IMG/VR virus record: IMGVR_UViG_3300037493_005407
Location: 945 to 64,944 of that record
Direction: 5' to 3' (one strand)
DNA: 64,000 nucleotides
Origin: a virus
Lineage: Duplodnaviria > Caudoviricetes
The notes beneath the pieces were generated by a model. It was not told where the DNA came from. It saw nothing but the letters and a program-made list of their open reading frames with translations, and ran no database searches. A program made the translations under genes and the position numbers. Each line of letters starts with the position of its first letter. The stretch's first letter is position 1. Below are positions 25,638-36,123 of the stretch, one piece after another.

Positions 25638-28600
25638 AACGTTGAACGGCCGCTCTACGGGTGGCTGCATCATCGAAGAGTGCTCGTACGCAACAGATAG
25701 TCCGAAGTGATTAACCAAATCCGAAAATATGCTCATACGCGCGTCCTCCCACTTTACAGGTATTAGTGTCGCAGCCATTCCATTTCCAGATCGCGCTGTG
25801 TGACGTGCAGCATAATCATCTGACGGTCGTCGTCGTAGATTGTGCCGTTGCGGAGCTCGAACAAGTGCTGCACGACTTCACGTAGACCGGCGACATCGAA
25901 CTTTCTGAAACCGTAGGTAAACCAGAAATAATTATCTGTATCGAGCGATGTAAAAATCTGTGGTTTCTCTTGTACCTCTCCATCTCTGTTATCTGGCACT
26001 TGGCTAGCTCCATGAGTCCGTGGAATTCAGCGGTTGCGAATCCCATCACAACTAAAAGATCCGCTGGTTGGGTGGTGTCAGACATACGCTGTCTCCGTAT
26101 TCAAGAGCACCCAAGTGCTCTCGCGGATGATATCCCTCCCGGTGTTGGTGAGCCCTAGGCATTTCTTACAGTGGTACACATAGTGTTCGTCCTCGATGGT
26201 TTTCGCGTATTCCCAGGAAGTCTTAAACCCTTTCGTAGTTACGTGCGTGTGATGCACGTTTACCATGAGGCCAGAGCATGTGCGGTTGTTCATGGCCACG
26301 GAGGATTCCGTAACTGTTTAGCTTTTTCGATAGACATAAAGATAGTGGTATATCCCGCAGCATAAAGGACTGTTTTTGAGTGGCTCAGCGCTTCCCAGTA
26401 TCCCGCGGCAAAGGCGACTCTATCCCGGTCTAGGTCACTTGTAATGTGCAGGGGGTTCCAAGTACGTACACTCGGTTTTTTGAACGACATGCTTCACCGT
26501 GTTGGGTAGAAAAATTCCTTCTTCTCGATTGTGAGTGATTCGTGCAACTTCCACATTACTTTGGCGTCGTACTCATCTTCTATAATCTCGTACGTGTAAT
26601 CTAGGACGGTCCAGTAACCTCGCTGAATAGCGATACTATCACGCTCGGTGTCATCCCGGACAGTCGTTTTGGCCGCAACAGCGCGCCGCTGCCCACTCAT
26701 GTCCCAGATCCACGTGACATCCTTTGTTATGCGCTGCTGGTCTGGCTTAGGTCTAGGCATGTCTGCGCCTCGATGCTCTCCCAGATAACGTTATGTATCC
26801 GCCCAAACAGATTTCCTTTCATCTTGGACATGGAGTACCAGTACGCCTCGGCAAACCCGTCGAGGCAATCTAGGAGGGTTGGGCTGTTACCGTCCATGGA
26901 TCACCAGTCTAGTGACGGTATCATAGAGCTCGGAAGCATCAGGACCCTGGAGGACGTTAAAGGTCTTTACCAGCGTCTTCAGCTCGTGACTGTACTCGAG
27001 ACTTTCTACGTGGTGCAAGGCCGCTGCGAATCCGTAGCGTTCGGCATTGTCCTGAAACTGGTTTTTGTCGAACTTACCAACGTAGACGTTACTATACGGC
27101 GGTAGGATCACCTGGTAGTTCCTTTCCTGCGAAATACGACAACGTCTTTTTCACTTCCGCGAACTGATGCTGCTGTTGTGGCGACCCCCACTGCTCATTC
27201 AGCTCCAGGTAGCCGACGATGTTATAAACCGTTAGCATCCCCCAGGCTTCAATAAATGCACTGTGGCGTATGGTCAGATGTGCTCTCGTCATGCCTCCTC
27301 CAGTGTTCCTCCGTCATGGACCTTCCTAGGGCCTCGAGTTGTTCACTCTCCCGGTAGTACTCCTTACCGTTTCTGAGGGTGTATACGTCCATGTGTTTCC
27401 GAGCCGTGTAGAATCCGAGCTGCTTATATTGCGTGGGATCGAAGCGTAAGACCATCTATGGCCCTCCGTATCAGCGTTAAGTGCAGCATGGACTGTGCCC
27501 AGCCTTCATCGATCATGATATGTGAATACGCAGTACCAAAGCCAGCGTCTTCAGCTTGTTCTTGGTAGACCAGTGCCATCGCTTGCTCCTAGTAATTTGA
27601 AGAAGTTGACGCTGCGGGAGACCTCAATCAAATGCGAGCGGTTGATACCGCGAGGAGCGGCGCACGTAATGTACTCCCGTATGGCGTAGAAGCCCCACTT
27701 CTCATGCTCGGGCCAGTTTACCGGCGTGTCATACCCATCGTTTCGTTCTGTATAGCCGTTACCACGCTGCACCGTAACATGCGCATGCCGTCCCATGGTT
27801 TACGCCTCTTTTTGAGTTTTTGGTAAATGTTCGTGGTGTAAACAAAGGCTGACCAGTAGCCGTACGTTTCGTAAGCGAGGCTCTCCTCGTCGAACAGCAC
27901 GGTGCTGATGAGCTTGTTTCGTTCTTGGGTTTCGGGGTCTGGTTTTACTACCAACCTACGCCTCTTATAAGGGTTTCGAGTGTCATGTGAAGTGCATTGA
28001 TTTGGTTCGCTACCTGCTCGTGTTGCCAGCAACGCGGTATGTACTTTTTGATGCATCCCGTTGCAACGGCGAGGTCGTTCGAGAATTCGCGAGCGGTGCG
28101 TAACCCGCATACTTCGTACAGGTCACGCATGGGCTTATAGAGCATGACCTTTTCCCCATTCCCTCCATAGATTGTTTAGGGTGTCTATGATTGCGTCCAC
28201 TTGGTAACGCACCGACTCGCTTTTTCCGTGCCATACGTCTGGTAGTTCGTCGTCTGCTACGTACTCCTTGTCTTGTGTGTATCGGCGGGCTGTTAGGACT
28301 CCTACCGTCGCGTATTGAACACGTCGTTCTTCAGAGATGTGCAGGGGTGGTTTCATTTGGGCTCGATAGCAGTAGCGCTACAATAGTTCGTTGAATTTCT
28401 TCCCATTCTCTCCTGGACACGGTCCACCGGTTATCTTCCATTAAATAATGGAGTATCGTTTCTAACCCAGCGTCTTGATAACGCTTAAAGAAGGGCGGTA
28501 GTGATTTCATAGATTGTTTCCAAATCAGACAGGGTGTAGCGAAGTTCATTCCACGCGCCTGTGTACTTTTCGCTGTGCTCCAGGAGCAGTAGGTGACTGA

Positions 28601-28668
28601 TCGCTATGAGAGTTCCGTGTAGGTGGTGGCGCGCGAAGTAGGCGTGGTTTAATAAACCCTCAGATTTA

Positions 28669-29034
28669 TCACCACTTGTTAACGGCATCGCGTACCTGAT
28701 TTTGAAGGTCACGCATCTGCCATCCCCGGCCCATCTTGGAACTGAAGATGCCGAGGTCCGCGGCGATCTTCTTCATGAGGGCAAGCCCGTGCACGCCTTC
28801 CAGGGCATTGATGGGAGCACCGTTCATGTCGAACAGCTGGGACTTAGGATTCCGCTTTTCCGTGGTGTGGCGCTCGGCGACATCCTTGAGGACTGTGGGA
28901 GGCACTCCCAGCTCGACGAGTTGTGCGATTGCGTAAATGGTGTGACCGTCTCCGCCGAGGAAATCGAGAATCTCTTCGACCTTTTCTTTTCCGAGTTCTT
29001 TGGTCCAATTCATTGTGGTTGAATCTGTAGCCAT
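28669..29034 (-). CDS. hypothetical protein inserted in the array
   Basis: GAGGA RBS; 121 aa. Confidence 0.65.
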   Translation of the reverse strand: MATDSTTMNWTKELGKEKVEEILDFLGGDGHTIYAIAQLVELGVPPTVLKDVAERHTTEKRNPKSQLFDMNGAPINALEGVHGLALMKKIAADLGIFSSKMGRGWQMRDLQNQVRDAVNKW

Positions 29035-29447
29035 GGGTAATCCTCTCTTGCTGCGTTTTCGATGCTTTGAGCGAGTTCGAAGCGGGATATGTCAAGGACA
29101 CATCCTGGGATGTTTAGTTGGTGCCAAGCGGCCGTGGTGTAACCACAGTCATCGGCGATTTGTGTGAACCTTGCGGAGTAGTTCCATTCAAACAGGGTGT
29201 CTTCCATTCAGAGGCTCCAAGACGATTAGGATGGTGTGGTCTGGAAGGATTTCGCAGATAACGACTCAGAGCTCCGGGTGTGCCTCGAGCTGGTTACCCG
29301 CTGTACGTAGGGCGCCTTCAGGCGTCATCACAATGCGGATGCGCGTTAGTGAACCCTCAGCATTCTTCTCCTGGACATAGGACCCCTGCATGACGACTAC
29401 CTCCTGGATTTGTGTTTTGGTGCACCCACCTAGGAGAAAGGCTAGTA

Positions 29448-29690
29448 CTACAACGAGCCTTTTACCAAAAGTGCATGCGGATTCCATTGCAGAGGTCCGT
29501 CGTATTTTTTCCATTGTCCGTTCACTTTACTATAAACGACGTCGCATTCACAACATTGAATAACCGTCTCAGAGTACATCATGATGTTACTCGCGCACTC
29601 GGGGCACGTGTCGAACTCGGGCATGATTATGGTTTCCAATCCAGGAACTCCTTCTGGTGAAAACAAAACCCGATAGCCGTTGCCAGACAA
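29448..29690 (-). CDS. Zn-ribbon protein
   Basis: CPEC...CCECD. Confidence 0.5.
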   Translation of the reverse strand: MSGNGYRVLFSPEGVPGLETIIMPEFDTCPECASNIMMYSETVIQCCECDVVYSKVNGQWKKYDGPLQWNPHALLVKGSL

Positions 29691-30456
29691 TACGCCCTGT
29701 TGTTTTTCAAGATCTCGTCACAGTAACTTAGGACCGTAGTGAATCCTTGGTCATACGCAAAGAATATGACTCCATCGTTGCTTTCCCCAGAGGCCATCAC
29801 AACCCTATTTAGTAAACGGTATTCGTCTAAACGTGGGATATCTTCAGTTAAGAAACGTAAAAAATATTCACGTGTACTAAAGTGCGGATTACTGCTCATT
29901 TCTTGCGGCCTCTTCCGTCACCATACTGATATGCATTTGCATGTTACGGTAGATAAGGGTGGCTGTTTCGCTTCTTTCCCACCTACCCTGTGTATGACTT
30001 AGGAAGATACTGTGTGTTGTTACCGTATAGAAGCCGGCAGCTTCTCCATAGTGCATATTGAGATTTCTGAAGTCGAGCTGAGCAGAGTCGCTAATCATCT
30101 TTTGTTTCCTCCGCGATTACTCCTTCGTTCATGCGGGAGCTTACTGTTTCGAGAATGAGTTCAACGGCGAGGGCGGTCGTTACGGAGCGGAGGGCTGTTT
30201 CGAAGCCTTCCCCATCGGCTAAGGCATAGAGCATTTCGGTGGCGATGTCAGCTCCCATACCGCCCCTTTCAGCGTGTCGTTAAGGTCAGGAAAAAAGGCG
30301 TGTAGGTCTTTGCCCTGAAGGACGTCCAAGGTGTCCAGGATGACCTGCCCCGCTTCGCCGCGCCACGCCATCATATGCACCGTAATTAGACCGTGCTCCT
30401 TGAGGGCGTGCATGCGAAAGACACCTTCGAGATTTTCGTTTGGTTTATCCTGGTGC

Positions 30457-30696
30457 TTAAGCGTCATACTTAACCTCAACCGTGATGCTTTCCAGTACCG
30501 CTTCGAGAGCCTCCTTGGCTATCGCGATTGGGATATGGTTGTCCGTGATAACGCCTACGATAGCCGTCATCAGCGTCGTCATCATCTCTGCGGGTTCCCA
30601 CTCGTCGTCGTCACAGTCGAATGAGACGACCTGGTCCGTTTCGTTGATACTCGTTAGCCCGATAATGATTGTCTTAGTGTCGTCTTCAGCCGCCAT
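30457..30696 (-). CDS. acidic hypothetical protein
   Basis: Start MAAEDD. Confidence 0.55.
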   Translation of the reverse strand: MAAEDDTKTIIIGLTSINETDQVVSFDCDDDEWEPAEMMTTLMTAIVGVITDNHIPIAIAKEALEAVLESITVEVKYDA

Positions 30697-30958
30697 TGCG
30701 TGCCTTTTGTAGTGCCTCTTCGCCCCCAAGCGCGTTTAATAGGCGTGCGTATTCCGTGTCTGTGCCTAGGTGGCGCCATGTATACTCAAAAGCGGCATCT
30801 ATTATCGCAGTACATACGGGCTCGCACAAGTCCCCATCTTCAGTGCATTTCATTGTAAATACGCAGAAAGGCCGACAAACAGTATGCGATTCGTGGAGCC
30901 GGTAATGCTCACAAGTATGGTCACACCGTGTTTTCCCCCGACGGGTGTTCAGGTCCAT
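30686..30958 (-). CDS. Cys-rich hypothetical protein
   Basis: GGAGGA RBS. Confidence 0.55.
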   Translation of the reverse strand: MDLNTRRGKTRCDHTCEHYRLHESHTVCRPFCVFTMKCTEDGDLCEPVCTAIIDAAFEYTWRHLGTDTEYARLLNALGGEEALQKARNGG

Positions 30959-31136
30959 TGGATATTCCTCCGAGCTTGTCGAGCTCTGCGAGTTCCCGCC
31001 GTATCTTACCGGCGTAGAGATTGATGTACTCCGCTTGTCCGCAGGTGCGTGTTATGAGCCTAGCCAGGTGTGCAATTGCGAGGAGGTGCTGCATCCGCTT
31101 TCCAGCGGTTTCAACCGTGGGAGGAACGAGCGTCAT
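30921..31136 (-). CDS. hypothetical protein
   Basis: GGAGGG RBS. Confidence 0.55.
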   Translation of the reverse strand: MTLVPPTVETAGKRMQHLLAIAHLARLITRTCGQAEYINLYAGKIRRELAELDKLGGISNGPEHPSGENTV

Positions 31137-31145
31137 GGTGCCCTC

Positions 31146-31370
31146 CTAGTAGAAGTCCAGACCGAGAGCTGATGTCTCCTTCAGTCTACCCTCCGCAAGC
31201 TCATCGTCGATCCACTTTGAAAGGTCTTCACACGTACCGCGAAGAACGCGGAGGCGCCGAGCAACATCTGCCCACGCTTCAGCGCGTGTAGCAAATGCTC
31301 CCGGCGTGTCCTCCGCGACCTCACAGACAAGAACCACTCGAGCGTCGAGTTTTACTTGAGGCTGGTACAT
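31146..31370 (-). CDS. hypothetical protein
   Basis: Operon-packed ORF. Confidence 0.5.
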   Translation of the reverse strand: MYQPQVKLDARVVLVCEVAEDTPGAFATRAEAWADVARRLRVLRGTCEDLSKWIDDELAEGRLKETSALGLDFY

Positions 31371-31372
31371 GC

Positions 31373-32014
31373 CTAAAGGTTAGGCGCGTTGTCTATCCCG
31401 TGGTCCCAAGGCACTTGGGAAGTGAAACCGTCCAGCTTGGCCATCTTGACATGTTCCTGGCAGACGTAGATGTGCGAACCATCTGCATGGCCAAGGCATA
31501 AGCAGGACCAGCGTGCGCAGTCTTTGTCGATGCTGCTGCACGCCTTAGGCTGGATCTGCACCCCCTCGATGGGCTGCACCATCCAGGAGCTCATCTTGTC
31601 CGGGTCTGAGCAGTGTACCTCGGCGGTGTCGTGGTCGACCGTCTTGATGACACGTAGACCGTTGAACCGCCCGCGGACACCCTGACCCACGTGTGCGTGC
31701 ACGACGACGCCGTACGCCTTCACCCAGGCAAGACGTAGCTTGCGGTAGGCGCTGCGCTGGTGATAGTCCGCTTGGTCGAGGATCTCGACGAGGTTTGAAT
31801 CCGGACTCCAACCCTTGTGCTCGAGGTCCTTGGCGAGCTCGTAGCCGTCCCAGCTGACTGAGTCCACGAGCACACCAGAGACGTCCTCTTCTACTTGGTC
31901 CGAATCGACGTTCTTTTCCCACTTCAAAAGAGCCGGCAGCAGCTCTTTGACGACTGCGCGGCAGACTTCGACCCCGCGCTCTTTGGGACTGTCCGGAATG
32001 TTTTTGTAGTTCAT
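31373..32014 (-). CDS. phage hypothetical protein (DGYELAKxLE motif)
   Basis: AAGGAG RBS; 213 aa. Confidence 0.7.
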   Translation of the reverse strand: MNYKNIPDSPKERGVEVCRAVVKELLPALLKWEKNVDSDQVEEDVSGVLVDSVSWDGYELAKDLEHKGWSPDSNLVEILDQADYHQRSAYRKLRLAWVKAYGVVVHAHVGQGVRGRFNGLRVIKTVDHDTAEVHCSDPDKMSSWMVQPIEGVQIQPKACSSIDKDCARWSCLCLGHADGSHIYVCQEHVKMAKLDGFTSQVPWDHGIDNAPNL

Positions 32015-32247
32015 GTGATCTCCTTCAATAGTGCTTCACGTTCTTCGGCGTCGAGCTCATAGAAACAGTCCGCATTGGTGCACTTGATATTGTCGATGCT
32101 GAGCGTCTCGCAGAATTCGGGCTCACCCCACATGAAGTATTCGCTGTGCGTTTTGGGATCGTACTCTAAATGGATTGCTTGTTTTTCGTAGATGGTTTGG
32201 TCTGCTTCAAACTCTTGCTTGCCGCATTTTGGGCACTTAAAAGGCAT
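32011..32247 (-). CDS. Zn-ribbon protein
   Basis: FKCPKCG...IKCTNADC. Confidence 0.6.
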   Translation of the reverse strand: MPFKCPKCGKQEFEADQTIYEKQAIHLEYDPKTHSEYFMWGEPEFCETLSIDNIKCTNADCFYELDAEEREALLKEIT

Positions 32248-32525
32248 TCGGCTTTCTCCTTCGGTATCAGTCCGCGGCCTTTACAGCAGAGGCACTCGAC
32301 GAGGTTGTGTTTTGCTTGTAGCGTCTTTGCAAACACTTTACCGGTGGTCTGCTTACCGCACGCGTGGCATTCTATTGGGTCGTTTGTGTGTAGTAGCTCA
32401 CACTCTTCGTCTTTTTCGTCGTCGTCCCAGTATTCAATAGTGAAATTGTCCTTCTCCCCACATACCGGACACTTCCATTCTTCGTCGGTTGGCTGATACG
32501 GCGTGTGTTTGCGATTACAAGGCAT
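32166..32525 (-). CDS. Zn-finger protein
   Basis: CPVCG, CHACG, CLCCKGRG. Confidence 0.6.
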   Translation of the reverse strand: MPCNRKHTPYQPTDEEWKCPVCGEKDNFTIEYWDDDEKDEECELLHTNDPIECHACGKQTTGKVFAKTLQAKHNLVECLCCKGRGLIPKEKAECLLSAQNAASKSLKQTKPSTKNKQSI

Positions 32526-32772
32526 CGTTACCCTTTCTTATACGCGTCCAGCGTATCATGACCTCATTGAGCTTGTTTTCAGTCTCGAACTCAATGAAGT
32601 CGTCCTTCTTGTTCAAACCCTCGTCGTAAATGACCCTTACTCGGAGGTCTCCTTCTTGCTCCAATTCGACATGCTCGAATGGGATACGCGCCCGTACCTC
32701 ACGGGACACCCCTAAGAAGGTGTCCAAGGTACCGGGGTCTGTGCGAAAGTACTGAAATGTGTATTGCGTCAT
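32515..32772 (-). CDS. hypothetical protein
   Basis: GAAGGA RBS; first gene after a terminator/promoter. Confidence 0.6.
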   Translation of the reverse strand: MTQYTFQYFRTDPGTLDTFLGVSREVRARIPFEHVELEQEGDLRVRVIYDEGLNKKDDFIEFETENKLNEVMIRWTRIRKGNDAL

Positions 32773-32824
32773 TCGTCATCCTTCTTGTTTTCAAAAACAG
32801 CTCAAGAAGCGATTAAGATACCAG

Positions 32825-32860
32825 AAAAAAAAGGGAAGGGCTATCGCTAGCCCCTCCCCC
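32825..32860 (-). terminator. intrinsic terminator
   Basis: GGGAGGGGCTA-GCGA-TAGCCCTTCCC followed by T8 on the minus strand. Confidence 0.8.
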
Positions 32861-32872
32861 TTCCCCCATGGA

Positions 32873-33226
32873 TTACTCCGGCTTTGCAGCCGTCTCCATT
32901 TGGAGTTGGTTGGTGATATATTCCTTGAGGCTCGTGGCGGGACGGCTGCGGGAGGCGTTGTCTCTGTAATAGACCACCGCCTCATAAATGAGGATGTTCA
33001 ACGGCATGCCGCGTTCGGTTGCTGTTTCGTAGATTTCGCGTGCCTGCGAATACAGCATGTAAACAGCGATCTGCTCAGTGTGCCGACGGATGAAGCCCGC
33101 GGTAACGCCGAAGCTCTTGGCCAGACTCTGCACCGGACGCTTATAGACCTGGCGCCCGTCGAGGATGTTTACGAGAACGTTGGCCATCACTGAGATGGCG
33201 GTTTCAGCTACGGGTTGCTTACTCAT
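32873..33226 (-). CDS. hypothetical protein
   Basis: AGGAG RBS; ends before the terminator. Confidence 0.65.
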   Translation of the reverse strand: MSKQPVAETAISVMANVLVNILDGRQVYKRPVQSLAKSFGVTAGFIRRHTEQIAVYMLYSQAREIYETATERGMPLNILIYEAVVYYRDNASRSRPATSLKEYITNQLQMETAAKPE

Positions 33227-33690
33227 TCTACTTCTCCTGAGAATTTGGGTTTGGGATCTGCGTCACTCTGTGTCTTCCAGAATTTGACGCCTTCGATTTC
33301 TTTTGTGATGACCTTCATACCGTTAGGACTTCTCTTCGCAAAGGTATAACGGGTCTTGCTTACCATGTCACTGTTAACTACACGGCCGCATAACTGCGTC
33401 ATACCCTTCTCGATCTCCGCTGAAGAGTGCCAGTTACCGTCACTCATTACCTTGGCATAAGCCTCTTTGAGGGGGATGTCCGCGTAAAATACTTTTCGCT
33501 TTTCATGGGGAGGAGGACTTGGAGTGAGTTTATACTCGGGAGCAGCGCGCTCTGCTTCCTTAGTGATGCTTTCTTTGATGAGACTTTCTACCTTGGGGAA
33601 AAGATCGAGCACGCGGTTGATTTCATCCGCACGCGTCAGGAGCTCGTCTCTCTTCTCCATCAGCACTTTCCGTAATTCCTGCAGGTTCAT
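33223..33690 (-). CDS. coiled-coil plus possible winged-helix protein
   Basis: GAGGAG RBS; helical C-terminal domain. Confidence 0.6.
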   Translation of the reverse strand: MNLQELRKVLMEKRDELLTRADEINRVLDLFPKVESLIKESITKEAERAAPEYKLTPSPPPHEKRKVFYADIPLKEAYAKVMSDGNWHSSAEIEKGMTQLCGRVVNSDMVSKTRYTFAKRSPNGMKVITKEIEGVKFWKTQSDADPKPKFSGEVE

Positions 33691-33919
33691 CTGTATCTCC
33701 TCGTTTGGTAATTGACACCTGGGTTATCCAGCCCAGGAGCTCAGAGAGTGATTGGGCATCGTGCTTTGTTATCTGTGTGTACTTGTTCGAATACCCCTTC
33801 TCGATTGCTACTATGCGGCGCTCACACGCCTTGAGTACGTCTTCAACGAGCGCGAGCGGCTGGCGCTTGAGCGCTAACAGTTTACGCACGTTCGCCATTA
33901 CCGCAGAAACACTGGGCAT
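33623..33919 (-). CDS. hypothetical protein
   Basis: AAGGAGG RBS. Confidence 0.55.
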   Translation of the reverse strand: MPSVSAVMANVRKLLALKRQPLALVEDVLKACERRIVAIEKGYSNKYTQITKHDAQSLSELLGWITQVSITKRGDTDEPAGITESADGEERRAPDACG

Positions 33920-34278
33920 GACCGTCCTCCTTATACCTACGTTTGCTAGTCTTTTGGGAGAGTCCCCTGTAGCTGACGTAATACCCGAAGCTGCCTACGA
34001 ACGCGTTCCCACCCTCCATATATGAAGGTATGCTCTTTCGTGAGCTTGAGTCTGTCTACTGTCTCACGGTACGCGTTATCCACTGAAACCAGTGCCTCAA
34101 CCATCTTGTTAATGTCTACGAGGTGCATTTGGTATGCACGCGGACAATCGGCTCTGCGAGTCCATCCGCAAAGTCCACTTCCACGCAATTCTCTGCGTGT
34201 TTGCAGACGTAGACACGCTGTCCTTTTTCGTACTTTTCGATTTTGAATGACACGTCTCTGACGGTCAGACGGACAGCC

Positions 34279-34614
34279 TTAGCGGGGTGCGTGCTTTCCC
34301 ACATGTTGCGGTATCCTCGAGTTGGGGCACACGAGGACTGTACCGCAAATCTGGGTACCCAGTACCTCGCTCGCCGGTTTGTTATAGAAAGATGCAATAC
34401 GTGCAACGCGCACGTTAACCAAACCAATGATACCGGGCTCTACGCGGCTGGGAACGATTCCTAAAGTGAGGGACTCTAGGTAATGCGCCAACTCTTGCGA
34501 CGAGTAGCGCTCTCCGTCTTTAGGTGCGATGATGTCGTATATCCCACCCGGGTAGTACAGAAGGTCATGTAGGGATGACTGGGTCATTAGGTAACGCTTT
34601 TTTAAGCCGATCAA
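34279..34614 (-). CDS. DUF3846-like phage protein
   Basis: PKDGERYSSQEL...LVN...YNKPAS...ICGTVLVC. Confidence 0.5.
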   Translation of the reverse strand: MIGLKKRYLMTQSSLHDLLYYPGGIYDIIAPKDGERYSSQELAHYLESLTLGIVPSRVEPGIIGLVNVRVARIASFYNKPASEVLGTQICGTVLVCPNSRIPQHVGKHAPR

Positions 34615-34990
34615 TCACCGTGGTTATCGCGGCGCCGGCAGAATCGATGTCGCGGATCCATCCAAGCTCAGCTGGGACGAACCCCAAACAGATTGAAAAA
34701 GTTTCTTCACCCGCGCTTACCCAAGTGCGGATACCCGCTTCATAGAAGATTGGGCACGCTTTGGCAACACATATCCCGATAGCTTCCCACTCTATCTCCC
34801 CCGTGGGGATTACGCGCAGATGGTCATCTGGGCTCGAAGAGATTGACACCTGCATTCCAGGAATAATCCCACGAGCTACCTCGAGTCCCTCGGCTAACCC
34901 ACCCAGTAACTTGGACGGCAGTAAGCGCATCACTTGCTGGGCAAGCGTTTGCAGCTCCCGCCCACTCAGGCTATCAAAAGATGTTGGCAT
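34565..34990 (-). CDS. hypothetical protein
   Basis: AGGAGG RBS. Confidence 0.6.
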   Translation of the reverse strand: MPTSFDSLSGRELQTLAQQVMRLLPSKLLGGLAEGLEVARGIIPGMQVSISSSPDDHLRVIPTGEIEWEAIGICVAKACPIFYEAGIRTWVSAGEETFSICLGFVPAELGWIRDIDSAGAAITTVIDRLKKALPNDPVIPT

Positions 34991-35008
34991 GTGTGCCTCC
35001 TATGGCTC

Positions 35009-35269
35009 TCAAAGCGTAGCACATTTACAAGACTTAGGTCGATAGCGCTCGTCGAGCTCGCAGTCTGGGCACTGCGTATCGATCGTGGTAAGCAGCCGGC
35101 GGTAGAACACCGCGGTGTCCTGATTGTGCGCGACCGCGATCTGTACTTTTCCGCAGTCACGACAGGCGTACAAAACCTCGAACAGAGGCTTAGACGTTGG
35201 TACCGTGATACAACCCAGATACGCTGTTTTGTTGAGCATGTTTTCTCCTTGTTTAGATGGTTTGCTCAT
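35009..35269 (-). CDS. Zn-finger protein
   Basis: CRDCG...CPDC. Confidence 0.55.
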   Translation of the reverse strand: MSKPSKQGENMLNKTAYLGCITVPTSKPLFEVLYACRDCGKVQIAVAHNQDTAVFYRRLLTTIDTQCPDCELDERYRPKSCKCATL

Positions 35270-35286
35270 CAGGTTTTTATATCAAA

Positions 35287-36123
35287 TTACTCAGGCGTTT
35301 CCAGCAGATTACGCATTCGAATGGCCCGCTCAGTAGACCACCCACGATGGTACATCATCGCCGACGAACGGAAGTACTCTCGGTGCTTCTCCTCGTAGTC
35401 GTATGGATAGTTGGGATACCGCGCTTTAAGAGATTCGAGTTTTCCAGGAAGCGGTTCAAATCTCTTGAGATTCATATTCCAAAATGCAACGTCGTAACGC
35501 TGACTCGGCGTCGGGATAGCGATGAGGATGGTGCTCGTATCCGTTTCTTTCATTACGCGTATGTGATCTGGATGGGAGTCCTCTTCATTGTGTACAAGCG
35601 CCTCGGCCAGGTCAGCGTTAAACCAATTCATGAGAATCGTTAAGGTGTTTGTGCTCATATTAGGGTGACTCAGCACGGTGTTTCCGTTGATCGTTGGATC
35701 TACCACCATCGTTCCACGGTCGCCCATGAGACCACACACGATAACTGCGGTATGCCACCAGACGGCTTTTAGGTCGCCACTGGTATGTGCCGCCACTCGG
35801 GGAAGAAGCTCTTTGATGTACGACGGGGTGCTGACATTCTCAATGCAAAAGACGATGCGCTCTGCGATGCCGAAGTCCTCGCCCGCTAGCGCAAACCGAA
35901 CACCTGCAGCGTCACCAAACCTAAAGCTCAGCCAATCGGCGAACGCCCAGGTTACGACGTGCCACTGGGACGCAATCTGCAGATGCGCTTCTTGGAGTTG
36001 TTTAAAGGGATCGGTCGGGATGGATTTCGTGAGCAGCTCTTCCAAGGAACTCCCCCATGCAGGCGTATGCCCGGGAAAATAGGTACACCGCGTCCTCGTA
36101 CTGATTTGCCTCCAGCCGCGCAC
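35287..36123 (-). CDS. hypothetical protein
   Basis: 278-aa ORF; start uncertain. Confidence 0.6.
   Translation of the reverse strand: MRGWRQISTRTRCTYFPGHTPAWGSSLEELLTKSIPTDPFKQLQEAHLQIASQWHVVTWAFADWLSFRFGDAAGVRFALAGEDFGIAERIVFCIENVSTPSYIKELLPRVAAHTSGDLKAVWWHTAVIVCGLMGDRGTMVVDPTINGNTVLSHPNMSTNTLTILMNWFNADLAEALVHNEEDSHPDHIRVMKETDTSTILIAIPTPSQRYDVAFWNMNLKRFEPLPGKLESLKARYPNYPYDYEEKHREYFRSSAMMYHRGWSTERAIRMRNLLETPE

Larger units (their letters stand above)
17657..30479 (-). other. tandem array of about 40 tiny ORFs sharing a G-[FYL]-x-T-A-x-x-[YH] motif, interrupted by a few unrelated genes
   Basis: Examples: GFLTALEY 17657, GFQTAWNY 20080, GFLTAWQH 21190, GYLTAYDY 21559, GFNTANQH 22826, GFSTAYDF 24460, GFKTSWEY 26078, GFYTARKH 27249, GFTTVLSY 29627. 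Confidence 0.8.

Noticed and set aside
17657-30479. CRISPR array or DGR as the explanation for the micro-gene array
   Set aside because: No regularly spaced nucleotide repeats, no TR/VR pair with adenine-specific differences, and no reverse transcriptase or cas gene in the window; the similarity is at the amino-acid level.
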